Of a DNA stretch of 64,000 nt, positions 11,192 to 24,177 are shown piece by piece. The notes beneath the pieces were generated by a model, which was not told where the DNA came from, did not search any database, and saw nothing but the letters and a program-made list of their open reading frames with translations. This DNA is from Vitrella brassicaformis CCMP3155. Its lineage: Eukaryota > Protista > Chromerida. The DNA lies in contig CDMY01000447.1 in NCBI GenBank assembly GCA_001179505.1, positions 124,001-188,000 on the forward strand, given 5' to 3'. The stretch's first letter is position 1; every line of letters starts with the position of its first letter. Made by a program: the position numbers and the translations under genes.

Positions 11192-13483
11192 GCTGAGAGT
11201 GAGTGTTGGCACGTGGGGCGGGCGGGCGGGATGAAGGGTGGGAAGTGTCTCAGCGGCGGTGTGCGTGAGCCAGTCATGGATCGGTCGGGTCGGTGGGTCG
11301 GGCGGTCGGTAAATGGTACGGGGACAGTACACGTGCGTGTGTGAAAGTGAGTGAGTTGGGCCGTGTTCCCCTCTCTTCTTTTCTGCCTGGCTGCGTGTGG
11401 CTGGCTGGTCGGCTGGTCGGCTGGTTGGTTGGTCCGCCCACCTAAGTATGCATGCCTTCATTCGTGCGTGGTCTGCCTGCCTGCCTGCCTGCCTTTGTCA
11501 ACTTCCTCCGCTGTCTATCCGTCCGTCCGTCCGTCTACGTTCGTCTTTTCGGGTGTTTTCCATCATTCTTATCATCATTATTATTGTCACTCACTGTCGA
11601 GTCAAGCAACCAATCGTTCTGTTGGCCCGCAGCGCAGCCAGCAGCAGTGTTCTTATTACATGCATGTAGACAAGCCGACAGCGAGCGGGCGGGCGAGCCC
11701 CACTACTCTGCGTGCGTATGTCTTCCTCCCTATCACCTACGTGGCTTTGCAAGGGAGGTGGGGAGGGGCGGGGCGGAGGGTTATGTGTGTCGTGTGTGGG
11801 TGGCAATGGTATCTATGACTCATCTTTTCACGATGGATGGATGGATGGATGACCCGAACCAAAGCGAAGCGAACCCCATTTGTTTATCTGTACGTGTATC
11901 AGCAGAGGACGCGACTCTTTTCTTTTGTTTCTGAAGCTCGTCGGTTGGTCGTTGTTCAGTCATGTGAAGCGCCGCCTCTTGTAGCGGACACAGACAGACA
12001 GACCGACCAACAAGCCGACCGACTAACTGGTTTCCTCCATCCATCCATCCATCGGCAGACCACACACACACACAGTGATGTGATGCGCCCGCCCTTCCAC
12101 CGCACTTTTCTGGTGTGTGTTTGCATGCGCTGCGTTGCGTACATGCCCGTAGTTGCGTATTGTACCCCGCTGCGCTGCGTAGCGACCTGACCGACCGACC
12201 GACCGACCCGACCACACACCCACAGACTCGCTGACTCACTCACCGGCCCGCCCAGCCCAGCCCAGCCCAGCCCGCACACAGTGGCTGCAAGGAGGGGTAG
12301 GGGAGAAGACAGAGGGGGGAGATGGAAAGGGCCGCCTTTGCTCACTACTTGATGACTCGCTTGGTGGCTGGCTACCTGGCTGGCTGGCTGGCTGGCTGGC
12401 TGACTGTCTGCATGATTGAGTGGAGGGGTAGGGGAGAAAGGGGAAACAGGGAGGGGAGGGGGGATGACCGGCTCTTTGGCTGGCTAGGTGGCTGTTTGGA
12501 TGCTCTCCTGTCTGTCTGTCTGTGCATCCATCCATTCATCTATGGTATGCTTGCTCGTGGAAGAAAGTTTGGGCGGCGCTGTGCCCATCCATCGAGCGAC
12601 GTAGCGTAGACCTCTCTCGATCGGCCCATCCATCCCATATCGACCATCACATATCATTGTTATCGTCTGTTTCGTCTTGTTCGTCTGCCGAGAGAATTCA
12701 TGTCTCCTCTGGCTGACCGGCTGCCTTTGGCTCTGCACTCACTCTGCTGCCTGCCTGCCTGCCTGCCTCAGCGTGGCTGCCTCGGGACCCTGCCATCATG
12801 TCATCTCTATGGCTGTCAGCACGGCCATCGGGGTGGGTGGCGCGTGGCCGACATGACTCACTCTCTCTCTGCCTGCCTGGGGGATGTGCGTATGCTTGCT
12901 GCAATGCTGCATGTGAAGGAGGGGGGCTCACGTGGGGGAGGCGGCCAACCGTCCAGCAACTGTCTTGTCTATCTTTTTGGTCGGCGCTTTTCTTGAAAGA
13001 AACCGCCTGGCTGCTGGGCTGGGGGACCGGCCGCTCCGCTCGGGGGGAGGGGAGTCGGGCTGGTTGGGATGGATGGGATGGATGGAGTGATGAAAGCTGT
13101 TGGAGGAAATCTCTTGCTGCTGACAGCCAGCCATATCTGCAGCTATGTACCCATTGCCGCGGTCACCGCTTTCGTCACGCCGCCACTGCTTTCTTGTTTT
13201 GCCCTTCCTTCTCCCACATCACGTCCAATTGCTCTCTCGGTCTGTGTGGAAAACTGCGGCTTCTGCACCAATCCTTTCGTCGTTTCACTCACTATAAGGC
13301 AGTGGGGCACTCTGGGACAGGGCTGGGGCTGGGGGGGAACTCTATCTCGTGCTCTGGGGACGCTTTTGAATGAATGGATGCTCTTAATTCGGCTCTACGG
13401 CTCTCTGGCGGCTGGCGGGAGGGAGAGAGGGAGTAGCCTTTGCTCCCCCTCTGCTGGCCGTCCTAAGTGATTTTCATGGGGCG

Positions 13484-13522
<39 letters not shown>

Positions 13523-16500
13523 TGTCTTATGTGGATGTACCTCTCTCACACCCCTCTCGCATCTCGCTGCCTTTCGTATGTATCTCTCTGTCTTTCGTTT
13601 CTATTTCAATTCGTGTAGCTCAGCTCACTCAGCAGTGCTCTCCTCTCTCTCTCTCTCTCTCGTGTGTGTGCATATGGTTATGGTTCGGCTGTTGGCTCTC
13701 GCAATCTGCCTCAATTCGACTCATTCATCGCATGGATATGTCTTGACACATCCATCCATCCATTGATCCATCCATCCATTCTCATGCGATCGCTCTGTCT
13801 GCATGTCTGTCCGTCTGTCCGTCTCTTCTGCTCGAAGTGTTTGCTCTTCGTTGATGATGTCCCGCGCTAATTGACCTTTTCTTTCTCAACACACGCTGTC
13901 TTACCGGGTGCGCAGCTCTCTCTCTTTCTCCCTCTCTAGGTAGGAGTCAATATCGTGTCCCCCACGTCGCCGAACTGTTTCTTTGGCGAATCTACATACT
14001 CAGTCACCACACACACACTCACACACACGGAGGGAGGGAGCGGGTGCATTGGGGCGGGTGGGGGGATGGTTTGTCATGGATGCGTGCGTGGGAGCATGGG
14101 TGTCGTCGAGTCCGACAGTCAGCCAGTCATCATTTCCTCCTCCCCTGACTACATTGCTGCTACGGTAAGTACGATTGTGTTGTGTTTGTTCTACATTCAC
14201 CCCTTGATTCGCCATCGATCCATCCATCCATCCATCCATCTCATTCTCCTTATCATGAATCGGGAAGAAACTGTCCCCTTCATCATTGAGTGGTTGATTG
14301 AGTGATCGGTATGTTGTCTGTCTGTCTGTCATGACGTCCGTATGCATCGCGGGCAGCCCCGCACCGCCCCATCGGGCGGGCGGCCGGGTGCACAAGCAAA
14401 TACACTCACTACTACACTATCTATTATCCTCCTTCCTCCTCTGCGTTGGTCATCCATGGCTGATCTGACATTTCGTTTGCGCGTGTGTGATGATGAAATT
14501 GTGAACGAATGGATACACACAAGCAAGGGAGGAAGGAAGGGAGAGACAAGACAGATGGAAGCACGCACAACAAAAGGGAGGGCCTAGGCTGGTGCGTGGG
14601 GTGGTGGTGGGGTGGGTGGTGCATGTGTGTGTCATCCGGACGGCCCGACCGTTTTTGTCACTTATTCCTTACCCTACCCCTCCTTTCCCGATAATTCCCC
14701 TACTCAGCCGACTGCCCGCTCGCGTGCGCCACTACCAGATAGCAAAACACCGAATGGGGGAGGGAGGGAGGGAGGGAGAGAAGCCTGACTACTCTGTTGT
14801 GTGTGTGTGTGTGTGTGTGTTGGAATGATTGATTGTTTGTTTGCATCGCTCGTTTCCCAGAAATGGGACTAACGAGAAGTATTTCGTCATTCATCGACTC
14901 ATGCATGCCTGCATCGCTGCCTGCCTTGCCTTGCCTCGCCTCATCGTGTGTGCGTATCGATCGATTGACCCTTCCTCAATCAGTCAGTCATTGTTGTACT
15001 CGACTACTCTGTTGGTTGCCCTGGTATTCCCTTGCCCTGCCCGCCTACCTAGCCCGCCTGAGGTGGGGCTGGGTGGGGTAGAGCAGGCAGGAGCCAGCCA
15101 GGCATCGCTCGCTCCGGCCAAATCATGAATCATGTCATCTTTTGTCGTCCGTAGCGATCCATTCAGTCAGTCAGTCATCGATTCCATCAATGGCGCGGCC
15201 CTCTTTTAATGCAAACTAGCCTAGCCAGTACCTACCGTAATACCGGCCGCCCTTGTACGTTTCTTGTCTTGCGTACGTCCATCCGTGTGTCCGTCTGTCT
15301 GTCTGTCTGTGTGTCTTTGTGTGGCTCCTCCCCTGCCTACTCGCCTGTCTTTCGATGGCTGCTCGCGCGGCGGCGGCGGCGGTGTGAGTGCGCAGTGTGA
15401 AGTGGGTTGACACTGTCATTTATTGATGAAGGAAGCCAACGGCTGAATGATTGGATGATTGGGTGACTGAAGAGGAGGACATGGTCAATGGATGGATGGA
15501 TGAATGAATTTGTGGGCGGCGCGGCCGACGGCATGGCATGGTCAAGGGGTAGGGTATGGGCCAAGGACGGGTATGTCTCTGATGACGATTATCTGTCCTA
15601 AGTGTTTTGCACCGCTGCAGTGGGCCGGCCAGCCGGCCGGCCGGTCAGTCAGTCAGTCATGCCCGTCCCTCATTGCTTCCTTCCTTGCCTCGATCGCCGC
15701 GCATACTTCCTACTGGCAGTCAGTGTATTCATTCATGTTGGTTGATGTGCATTCCTCTAGCCTAGCTGTTTGTTGTATGCGTGTGTGTATGTCGAGAGCC
15801 ATCTCTCCAGCCGAAACAGAGCTTGCCTGCCCGTTTGTCTGTCCGTCCGTCCGTCCGTCCGTCTGTCTCTCTGTCTGTCTGTCTGTCTGTCTGTGTCGAC
15901 TGGCCGTAACTACCCAGCCCACCAGCTATCTAGATTATATGCTCCATCATTGCATCCATGTCGGCCCGCGACCTTGGGCAGGCATGACACATACGTACGG
16001 CAGGTACACAAATGCCACCCACTCCTACTGCCTGTACATATATGCCTTGCTACTGACTGACTCACACATATGTTGGGGCGCCCATCTTCATCTCACTTGG
16101 CCGCTGTCTTTTCTGGTTGAACCTCTGTCCATCTGTCGTACTTTTGTATGGGGGTGCGAACAGCTGCTACACCCAGATATACACAGACAGACCTCCACGC
16201 GCCTGCCCACCACGCAGGCAGGCAGGCAGGCAGGCCGGCCAATTTTCTCTCTCCCGCTGGGACCACCACCTCACACGAATGAGTACCTACCTACCGTACC
16301 TAATCCATCCGACCTAGCCACTTGCGTCTCAATCCAGTGCTGTGCTCGCCTGCCGTGCCGATACGTGGATCCACCCCCGCCCCCTCCTCTGGCCGGTCCA
16401 CCCTTCTCTACGTTGCCCTTCTATCACCCAGCCAGCCACTCGGGCGCTTTTAGCCACAGACCCCAGGGGGCGTGTGGGAGCGTGGGAGTGTGGGCGGGCG

Positions 16501-17697
16501 GATGGGCGATGGATGACGTTATTTTGTGGCATCAGCATGAATGCCTCGATTGAGAGAATTATCGTCTTGACGTATACGTGTCGACTCACTCACTCCCTAA
16601 TTGCGCCTGTGTCTCTCGCCCTCCCTGCCGTCTCCGAATGGCGGTCGACCTCTGATGATGCACTGGCCAATCAGTGTATCGTCTCAGGTGTGCCGCGATT
16701 GGGTTGACCTGGCAGGGAGGACTGAGACCGGCACACGCCACGCTCAGCCTGCGAGTGACAACCCGGTCTGTCTAATCCGGTCTTCGTATGTCAGTTTTTC
16801 GTCTCGGGCGTACAAGCACCACACCACACACGCCGCTGTTGCACCGTCTGATACGTATCGCTGGGTGCGGGTATGCGTGGGTGGATGGATTCGTGGAGAA
16901 CAAAGGACACCACCGGCCGGTTTTTTTACGCCTTCGCACGATGCCCTTCCTGGCCGTCTAATTCGTGACGGATGTACCACCCGATGTGTGAAGTGACGCG
17001 ACTCATGTGTGTGAAGGAAATGAATGCCCAAGGCGACGGATGATGGGAGGGAAATCAGGATTAAGTTGGTAGACGTCACCACACACACACACACACGCAT
17101 ACTCACACACATGCATATGCAGAACTGTTGATACGTCATCAAGCCGACTGCCTCCCCCTGCCCCCCACCATGGTTGGCTAACCTGGAAGCCCACTTGCAG
17201 CGTTTGAGCGGACGGTTCGTGTGCGTCAATCAGTTATCGTATCGTCTTTCTCCGCCATTGATGATTGAGTTGACGCCACACGAATGCATTTATGACGGAT
17301 TCCATCCATGTACAGTAAGTTCAGCACACACGTCCTGTCCTGTCCTGGCTTGGACAGACAGACTGCCAACAGCGCTTCGTCGGCACATGTGGAAAGACAG
17401 ATGAAGGCGCACTCTCAGCTCCGCGGCACACGACATAGGGAGTCCAGATTCGACTATGGCGTCGGGCCAGGTACCCTGGCACACACCGGCATAGGGCCCA
17501 GAGAGCTCTCACTCACAGACAGGCAGGCAGGCAGGCAGGAAGACCAGCAGACAGGCAGAGGTCGGGAGGGGGAGAGAGAGGGGCCCGAGGGAGGGAGGAA
17601 AAAAGGTCGCCTGTGTCCCTGTACATGCAGGTCTGCATGCGGCCCACCCACCGGGTGGCTATCTATCCGTCACCCACCCGTGCCGTGTGTGGGTTCA

Positions 17698-20006
17698 TCA
17701 CATCTGTGCGTCGTTGGGGTTGAATTCGGGGTTGGTCTGGGGGGTGGCGTTGGCGGTGTCGTCATCGGTCGACATCTGCTGCTTCATCTCCGCCATGAGC
17801 TCGCAGCGCAGAGCCTTCCGCAAGTGACGCGCAATCCAAACCCTACCCCAGACGACAAAGGAGACGGACGGTCGAGCCGCGCACATTTTATTTGAGGAGG
17901 CAGGGGTGTACCTGTAGATGAAGAAGAGTGACACGACGACGATGGAAGCGCCGATGATGGAGACGAAGACGATCCACCAGGGGACGCCCTTCTCCTCCTC
18001 AGGCTCGTGCTCCTTCTTCTCGAAGTCGTTCTCGAAGTCGATCTTGCTCGGATGGAGCAACGTGTCGCACTCCTGACAGATATCGACACGTACACACGGA
18101 GGGAGAGGGCGGCCGTTGGTGCACTGGCTGGTGTCTCGCTGATTGATGTTGTGGACGTGTGTACCTTTGGTCGTTTCTCGAACCCTGAGCAGACGGCTCG
18201 TGTGATGAGATCCGGGTCGAGGGGCCCGCTGTACCGCCAGTCGTTGATGCGCATCGCCAGGGGGCTCCACGCGTGGCTGAGGCGCTCCCTTTCCAATATC
18301 GACTCCTTGTCCTTCTGCACACACCAAGAAGAGGCAGCTGGGTGCGTGTTGTGTGTTGTGTCCTAGCAAGGATGTGACGTGACGTACGGTGAGGCATTCT
18401 TGGATCTGCTTCATGTCTGCGCCGAGCTTCTTCATGAGGCCGAGAGAGCACTCCTCGCCGAAGACCTTGTTGCCCTTGCCGTCCATCGGACACCTGCGCA
18501 CCGCACACACGATTGTCAGTATTCCCTGCCCCTCCCTCCTACATCCCTCCCTCGATGCCCGTGTTGTGAATGTGGTCTCGTACGCGTTGGGTAGCTGGTC
18601 GACGTAGTCCCACCAGATCGCCGAGTAGTCGCCGCTCTGCTCCACATTGTGGTCAACAATCGCGGTCTTCTCCCACAGACACAATTGACTGCACACACAC
18701 ACACCACACACACCACCACCAGTCAGTCGTAAGTAACTCTACGGTGCCCACGCATCCATCCATCCATCCGTCCATTTATGCATCCATCCACCTCTGCTCA
18801 CTCACCGGACGGTCTCCTCGACCACGTCTTTGCCCGTGGTCGAGCCGGCCATGTCGGGGTCCAGGGCGCAGTAGGTGGCGTCGTCGTCTATGCACAAGTC
18901 CTTGTAGTCACGCGGGAGGCTGAAGATCCAGTAGTGCGGACGGAAATCAAGCTGCAAGGTACGTAAGGTGAGCAGCAACCACAGAACGAACACCATACAT
19001 ACACACCACACAAGCAGGAGAGGAGAGAATGGACAATGAGACGAGGAAGGGGAGAAGGGGAGAAGGAGTCGCCTTTGTCCTGACCTTGTGCTTGAGCGTC
19101 TTGGCGTAGTGGGAGTACTCCCGGAGAAAGCTGATGCTCTTCTCCACCGCTGGAGTGATCCAGAAGTCCATCGACACCGTCGTCTCCTGCAGCGCAGCAC
19201 CCACAGAAGACACAGCCGAGAAGCCAATCCGCTCGCCTGGTCTCCGTCAAGACCTCCGCATATATGTGGGTCTGCACCCACCTTTCGCACGTCCCAGGCC
19301 AGCTCGATGATGACGTTGTTTCCGTTCTTCCGGAGCTCGTCGATGAGCAGGGACCCCTCCTTGTCACTGATCAGGATGGACGGCACCTTGACGTTGTCGC
19401 CCCAGCCGTCATCAGCCATGATGACTCGCTGGATCTCTGACGGTGTCCTGCTGGACCCCAAGGTGTCCACCACTATCACCGCCACGGCGTCCTTCTCCTC
19501 CTCAGCGATGCGAATCTTCGTCACGAAGCTGCAATTCCCTGATGAAGGAACGAAACAAACGGCCAGAATGACTCTGCCCTTCGACTCTCTCGCGCTGCCC
19601 TCCGCCTGTCTGCTTATGGCTGCGGTTGGGGTGCCAGATTGTTTTGTACCTCTCCTGACAACGATGATGTTGGGAAGCTTTCTTTCCTTGTCGCCGAGGG
19701 GCGGCGGGATGTCATAGTCGTCTTCGCGGCACCATCGGTCGCCCTTGGACTCGCCGTACACCAAGCGGCCGGTTATCCGCTCGCCATAATACTGCCACAC
19801 ACACGCCCGCCCTGCGTCTCTTGTGTGTGTGAGTGTTGTTTGTTGTGTGGGTATACCGGTGTGCCAAAGGCGGCAGTTGAGCCGTCGATCTTGGCCCTGT
19901 GGAACTTCTGGGAGAGGCTCTTTGGATGGAGCACCTTGATTTGAGCCACTGTGCTGGCGACGTACGCAAGGCAGACGCACACCGCCAGCGGCTTCCTGAG
20001 GACCAT
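17698..20006 (-). CDS. Vacuolar sorting receptor (VSR/BP-80-like) with signal peptide, PA domain, thioredoxin-like VSR domain and C-terminal TM helix
   Basis: Signal peptide MVLRKPLAVCVCLAYVASTVAQ. PA-domain motifs AAFGTP, IVVRR|GNCSFVTKIRIAE, AVAVIVVD, DDGWGDNVKVPSILISDKEG. Also FRPHYW, GKDVVEETVR|QLCLW, WWDYV, RINDWRYSGPL and TM WWIVFVSIIGASIVVVSLFFIY. Confidence 0.9.
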
Positions 20007-20564
20007 CCTGTGTGATTCTGATGTGACAAGAGGCCTCCTGTGCGGCTGCGATGTGCGTGCGACCCTTGCGTCTGATAGCGCCCTTCTCCGTCATTTCCGC
20101 GGAGGACGTTAACGATTTTTCTTCCCCGTACGAATTTACAAGGCGGAAGGGAGGGCGCTTACCCTCCCCCCTCCCTCTCTCTCTCTGTGTGTGTGTGTGT
20201 GCAGAGAGCATTCACACAGCAAAGAGAGGAGGCGTCCTCAAGGGAGAAGGGGACATGGCATTCATTCGGCTGGAAGATAGGACTCGGACGCGTTGACATC
20301 TGCACGACCGAGTCGGCTCCCCAAGACCATACGCGCACCGTCGTGAGGAGAGTGCAGACAAGCTCTGCTATGAATCAATGATCGTCAGCGGAAGCAGTGA
20401 GTGCCCCTGATGCTTAGCGATGCATCTATATCTGCCGGTGTTCCAGCCAAAGAGGCCACTTGCCACATAGAGGGACAAACACACGCACAGAGAGAGAGAG
20501 AGAGATCATCCACAGCGGGCAGATCGGGGTCGGTGAACTTGTGTATGAGTGAGTGGCACGTTGT

Positions 20565-23500
20565 CTAAGCTCCATCGGGTGTGTCCTCCTCATCGGCTGC
20601 TCCCGGCTGGTGCCCCCGGCCACTCGTCACCGCACCGACAGTCACCGAACCTGACACACAACACGCACACTCACTCCAGGTCATCCACCGTCCATTTGCC
20701 CATGTTCACACCACACTCACCGAAGTGTCCATGATCGTCCTCCTTGCAAGGGCCATAATCGCCACCAGCAGCAGCATCATCATGACCACCACCACCAGCG
20801 TCTGCTGTAGGTGCGGCTTCACTCTGAGCCAAACACACACAGAGAGCATCAACGGTGATGCACACAGGGAGCGTATGTTTGCGTGGTTTGTTCGGCCTAC
20901 CGTGGCTGTCGAGGGCTGCGCGAGTGGGAGCTGCTCCCCTCATTAGCACCAACACCACCTGGGCACACACAGACAAAGTGAGCATGCGACGAGATTTCCT
21001 CCGTTCCCTCCCTCTCCCTGACCCTTAGACACCCCTGTCGATGTCGCCTCGCTGACCCCCCGGATCAGCCACGCATCGCTGCCCATCTTCGTGCGCGCCA
21101 ACGCCACTGTCTGAGGACTGCCCGCCACACCAACACCATCGCCTCGGGGCTCCTCGGTGCTGTGGAGGGCGATGCGTGCCCGTCCGCCCGGGTGCAGGCA
21201 CATCTCGATATCTGCCGAAAACGGGTCCCCTGCCTTGTCGCCACACAGGATGACCAATCGCTTTGCGCGGCCACTCCAGTCCGTGAAATCGCAGCAGCAG
21301 CTGTCCCACACGCGCGACGGCTGGGCCATGAGCGCAGCAATGCGCTGAGCGCCAGCAGATGCCGGAGAGTTGTCCTCAGAGGCGACCAGACCCGATAAGT
21401 GTATCCTAAGGCGCGAAGGAAGATAAGACAGTGAGAGAATGCAGGACATAGCATTCTGAGGTACACTAATGCTTGCGTACCCTTCCGGACCACACCCCAG
21501 GCCGCACCGACGGCCGATGAGCGACCACTGCCCCAGGCACTGCCCCCGGCTCTCGAATGTCTCTCGAAGGCCGACCTGCTCTACATCGCCCTCGTCCAAC
21601 TGGATAGGCAGCTGCTGGATCCGTTTGTGTTGTTTGTGGTTCTTGGCCAGGTGGATGAGCGCGACATTGCCCGTCCAGTCGCCCCCCGTCTCGAGGAAGT
21701 ACTGCAGGCGAATCAGCTGAGACAGCCGACGGGGGCTGGCAGACTGGCGCAGCGGCTGGTAGTCGATGACGCCGGAGAGGCCCTTCTGCTGGATCAAGTC
21801 ATCGATAGCCGACGTCACTACGGCCTCCTTTACGTCCACCTCCAACTGCAGACATTATCAGAAAGTATTTCACACACGGACGTAATCGGGGTTCCTTCGC
21901 CACCCTCTGGCTGGCTGACCTGATACACCTCCAGCCGCCGTGCGGTGAAGGAACGGCTGTGTACGTGGCCGCGCCGGTCAAAGAGGCGCCGCCGGCAGAG
22001 GCGAAGATCGCCACCCAGGCCCACCTCCAGACAACTTCCGTTGAAGGACAGAATCCCACGCGGGCCATCTCCTCCGCTCGTCACCGCACCAGCCCCAGCG
22101 ACAGTCACGCGCTGGTTGCTACGTGGCACCTCCACCTCTTCTGGGCCCTCGGTGGACATCCCACGCACAGAGAAGAGGGCCACGGGGCACTTGGTGGTGA
22201 GATGGGATTATTGGTCAGGGGGATTGATGAGCTGCCCATCGATGTGGCAGGCCACGACGTCGCAATCGCCGTCGTCAACGATGAAGAGGAGGCCTCGCGC
22301 GCCGCCAACCTGATGCAGCAACTTCTGGAAGGACGTGCCGTGAGCATCACTCCTATACACAGTCACACGAACACACACATTAAGGGCGAGAGAGCGGAGG
22401 AAACCTTACGTGAAGAGCCGGTGTAGGTAGGCTGGTTGGTTGTAGGTGATCGTCTTGGCGAGGTTGTGCATATCGCCATCGGGGAGTATCGGGGGGTATG
22501 CGGCGTCGAGCAGGCCGCACATCTCACACTCATACAGCAACTGGTCCATCTGATCGCTCGTGGTCGTGGGAGGGGACAGTGTGGTGCCCTTGGGCATGGT
22601 ACAGCGACGACGCTCATAGTCGACGATCCTTCAAGCCACAAGGACAAGGAGAGGGAGGAATGCGGCTGTCAATGGCGGCCCATGCGGTGCTCTTCTGTTG
22701 GTTGACGTCTTACTCGCTGAAGTGGTCGGCAGATACACACACGACTGGAGCACTGTACCTGTCGACACCACACACGCAATGTATTCCTCTCTTCCTGTGA
22801 GTCTGTGGGTCCTCTGTGGCTGTGCGCTTACGTGTCGAATATGTTTCGCAGGCTGCTGGTGGTCTCTTGAAGGGTCGACTCAGTGGTGCTAATGACCACG
22901 TCGGGTCGCCCGTTGCCCTCCGACACTCGGATGGAGCGAATGGACTCAGAACCACTCATGGGCCGCAAGAAGGGACTGACCGCCTGTGACACACAAGCAC
23001 CACAGAGAGGAACACGTCCATCGACCCAGCCCGCTTTTCCCCTCCCGCCCGCCCCTCTCACCTTGATGTCCCGCATCACTCGGTCGTATCGGGCCTTCTT
23101 GGCCGCCATCTCCTGCGACAGCTCAGCTAACCTCCCAGCCAATGTCTGGACAATCCTCTCCATGACAGCAACGAGGCCCTTGAGCTGCTCCGGCAGCGCA
23201 ACGGCCGACAGGGAGGGCGGCAGGGTGCTGATGTGGCCGTTTGCCAACTCGCCACCTAATGCTGCAGGTGGTGAGAGCCAGAAGCGGATCCAATCACAGA
23301 TGCCACCTGCTCAACAAACAACACGGGCACACTTACTTGACCTGCAGAGTTCATCGATGTGGTCGCCTCAGCTAACCTCTGAAGAGTCCGTCCGCTGCCA
23401 TCTTCTTCAGCTGCTCCACGCCCTCCTCTCCGTCCGCCTGACGCGCCGCCCTAAGGACCATCTGGAAGGCCCGCGGGTCGGCATCGATGAAGAATCGGTC

Positions 23501-23994
23501 GTCATCGTCCCTCGGTAAGCGGTGGTCCCACTTGCCTCGGAACAGCGAGGCCATCACCGATCCCGCCGCGCGTGTGAGGTGGTGGCGACGGACGGTGAAC
23601 GGTCGGCCGCCCACGTTGACCTCCAGCTGGTCATCAGCATCTGCCGCCCCGTCAGCTGCACCACGTTGGCCAGAAGCATGTCGATGTCGTACGATGCATC
23701 GATGCATTTCTCCTCGGCCGTGAGCTCCTCCAGAAGGGCCACAATCTGGTTGTCCAATGCGCACAGGGCTGCATGGCGAGAGAGCAGATCCCGTGCCATC
23801 GAGCTCAGCAATGAATCAAGGGCCTGAAAGACAGCATGACAGAGAGAAGCAACAAGATGCAATGAGTTGATGGTCCTGCCGTGGCGCGCTTCTCGTACCT
23901 GCCGGAATCACGCGTCAGTCGGGGCGAAGGCGTGTGTGTCGGCAGCAGGGGAGAACTTCATGCTGCTGATGGAGCGAACAAGCGGGCCATTCAT
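20565..23994 (-). pseudogene. Probable pseudogene or disrupted allele of a coiled-coil + KCTD-type BTB/POZ + TLDc-like multidomain gene
   Basis: BTB motif LEVNVGGRPFTVRRHHL...SLFRGKWDHRLPRDDDDRFFIDADPRAF. TLDc-like stretch RLFTSDAHGTSFQKLLHQVGGARGLLFIV...ACHIDGQLINPPDQ*SHLTTKCPVALFS with an in-frame TAA at 22208-22210. Apparent frameshift near 23655-23670, and an in-frame TGA at 23908-23910 in the first exon. Downstream exons continue to TAG at 20565-20567. Confidence 0.7.
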
Positions 23995-24177
23995 CGCTCA
24001 TCCAAAGGCAAGATCGTCGACGAAAGTCCGATCAGCGGGGGTTGCCAGGTGCGCCCCGTGCTGCGCCGCTATGAAATTCGTTCAACTCAGCAACAAGGCT
24101 CGCAACAGAAGGCTAAGCTCGCACTGTGGTTGGCACAACAGAGCCCGTCTTTCGTCCGGTAGTACGAGTCAGTCGTC

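Noticed and set aside
16704-16720. ttgacctggcagggagg resembles the U1 snRNA 5' end
   Set aside because: It lacks ACTTACCTG, and no downstream U1 stem-loops or Sm site are present.
16690-16927. SRP RNA candidate (GGGAGG.CTGAG plus a T7 end)
   Set aside because: No helix-8 GNRA/AGCAG motif, and there is an internal T5 at ~16792.
11351-17651. Many 60-349 aa ORFs in the ORF track, including 15504..16553
   Set aside because: Translations are microsatellite read-through (VCLSVC, HPSIHPS, THTH) with no coding-like composition or exon chain.
18007-19944. Plus-strand ORFs overlapping the VSR gene, and similar antisense ORFs over other genes such as 21959..22426 and 43238..44044
   Set aside because: Shadow frames of GC-rich coding sequence on the opposite strand.
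23372-23374. TAG ending ORF 23372..23764, as a further lesion in the BTB gene
   Set aside because: It falls inside a phase-1 intron (AGA G|gttagc ... cacctgcag|CA) that rejoins in frame to ALGGELANGHIST.
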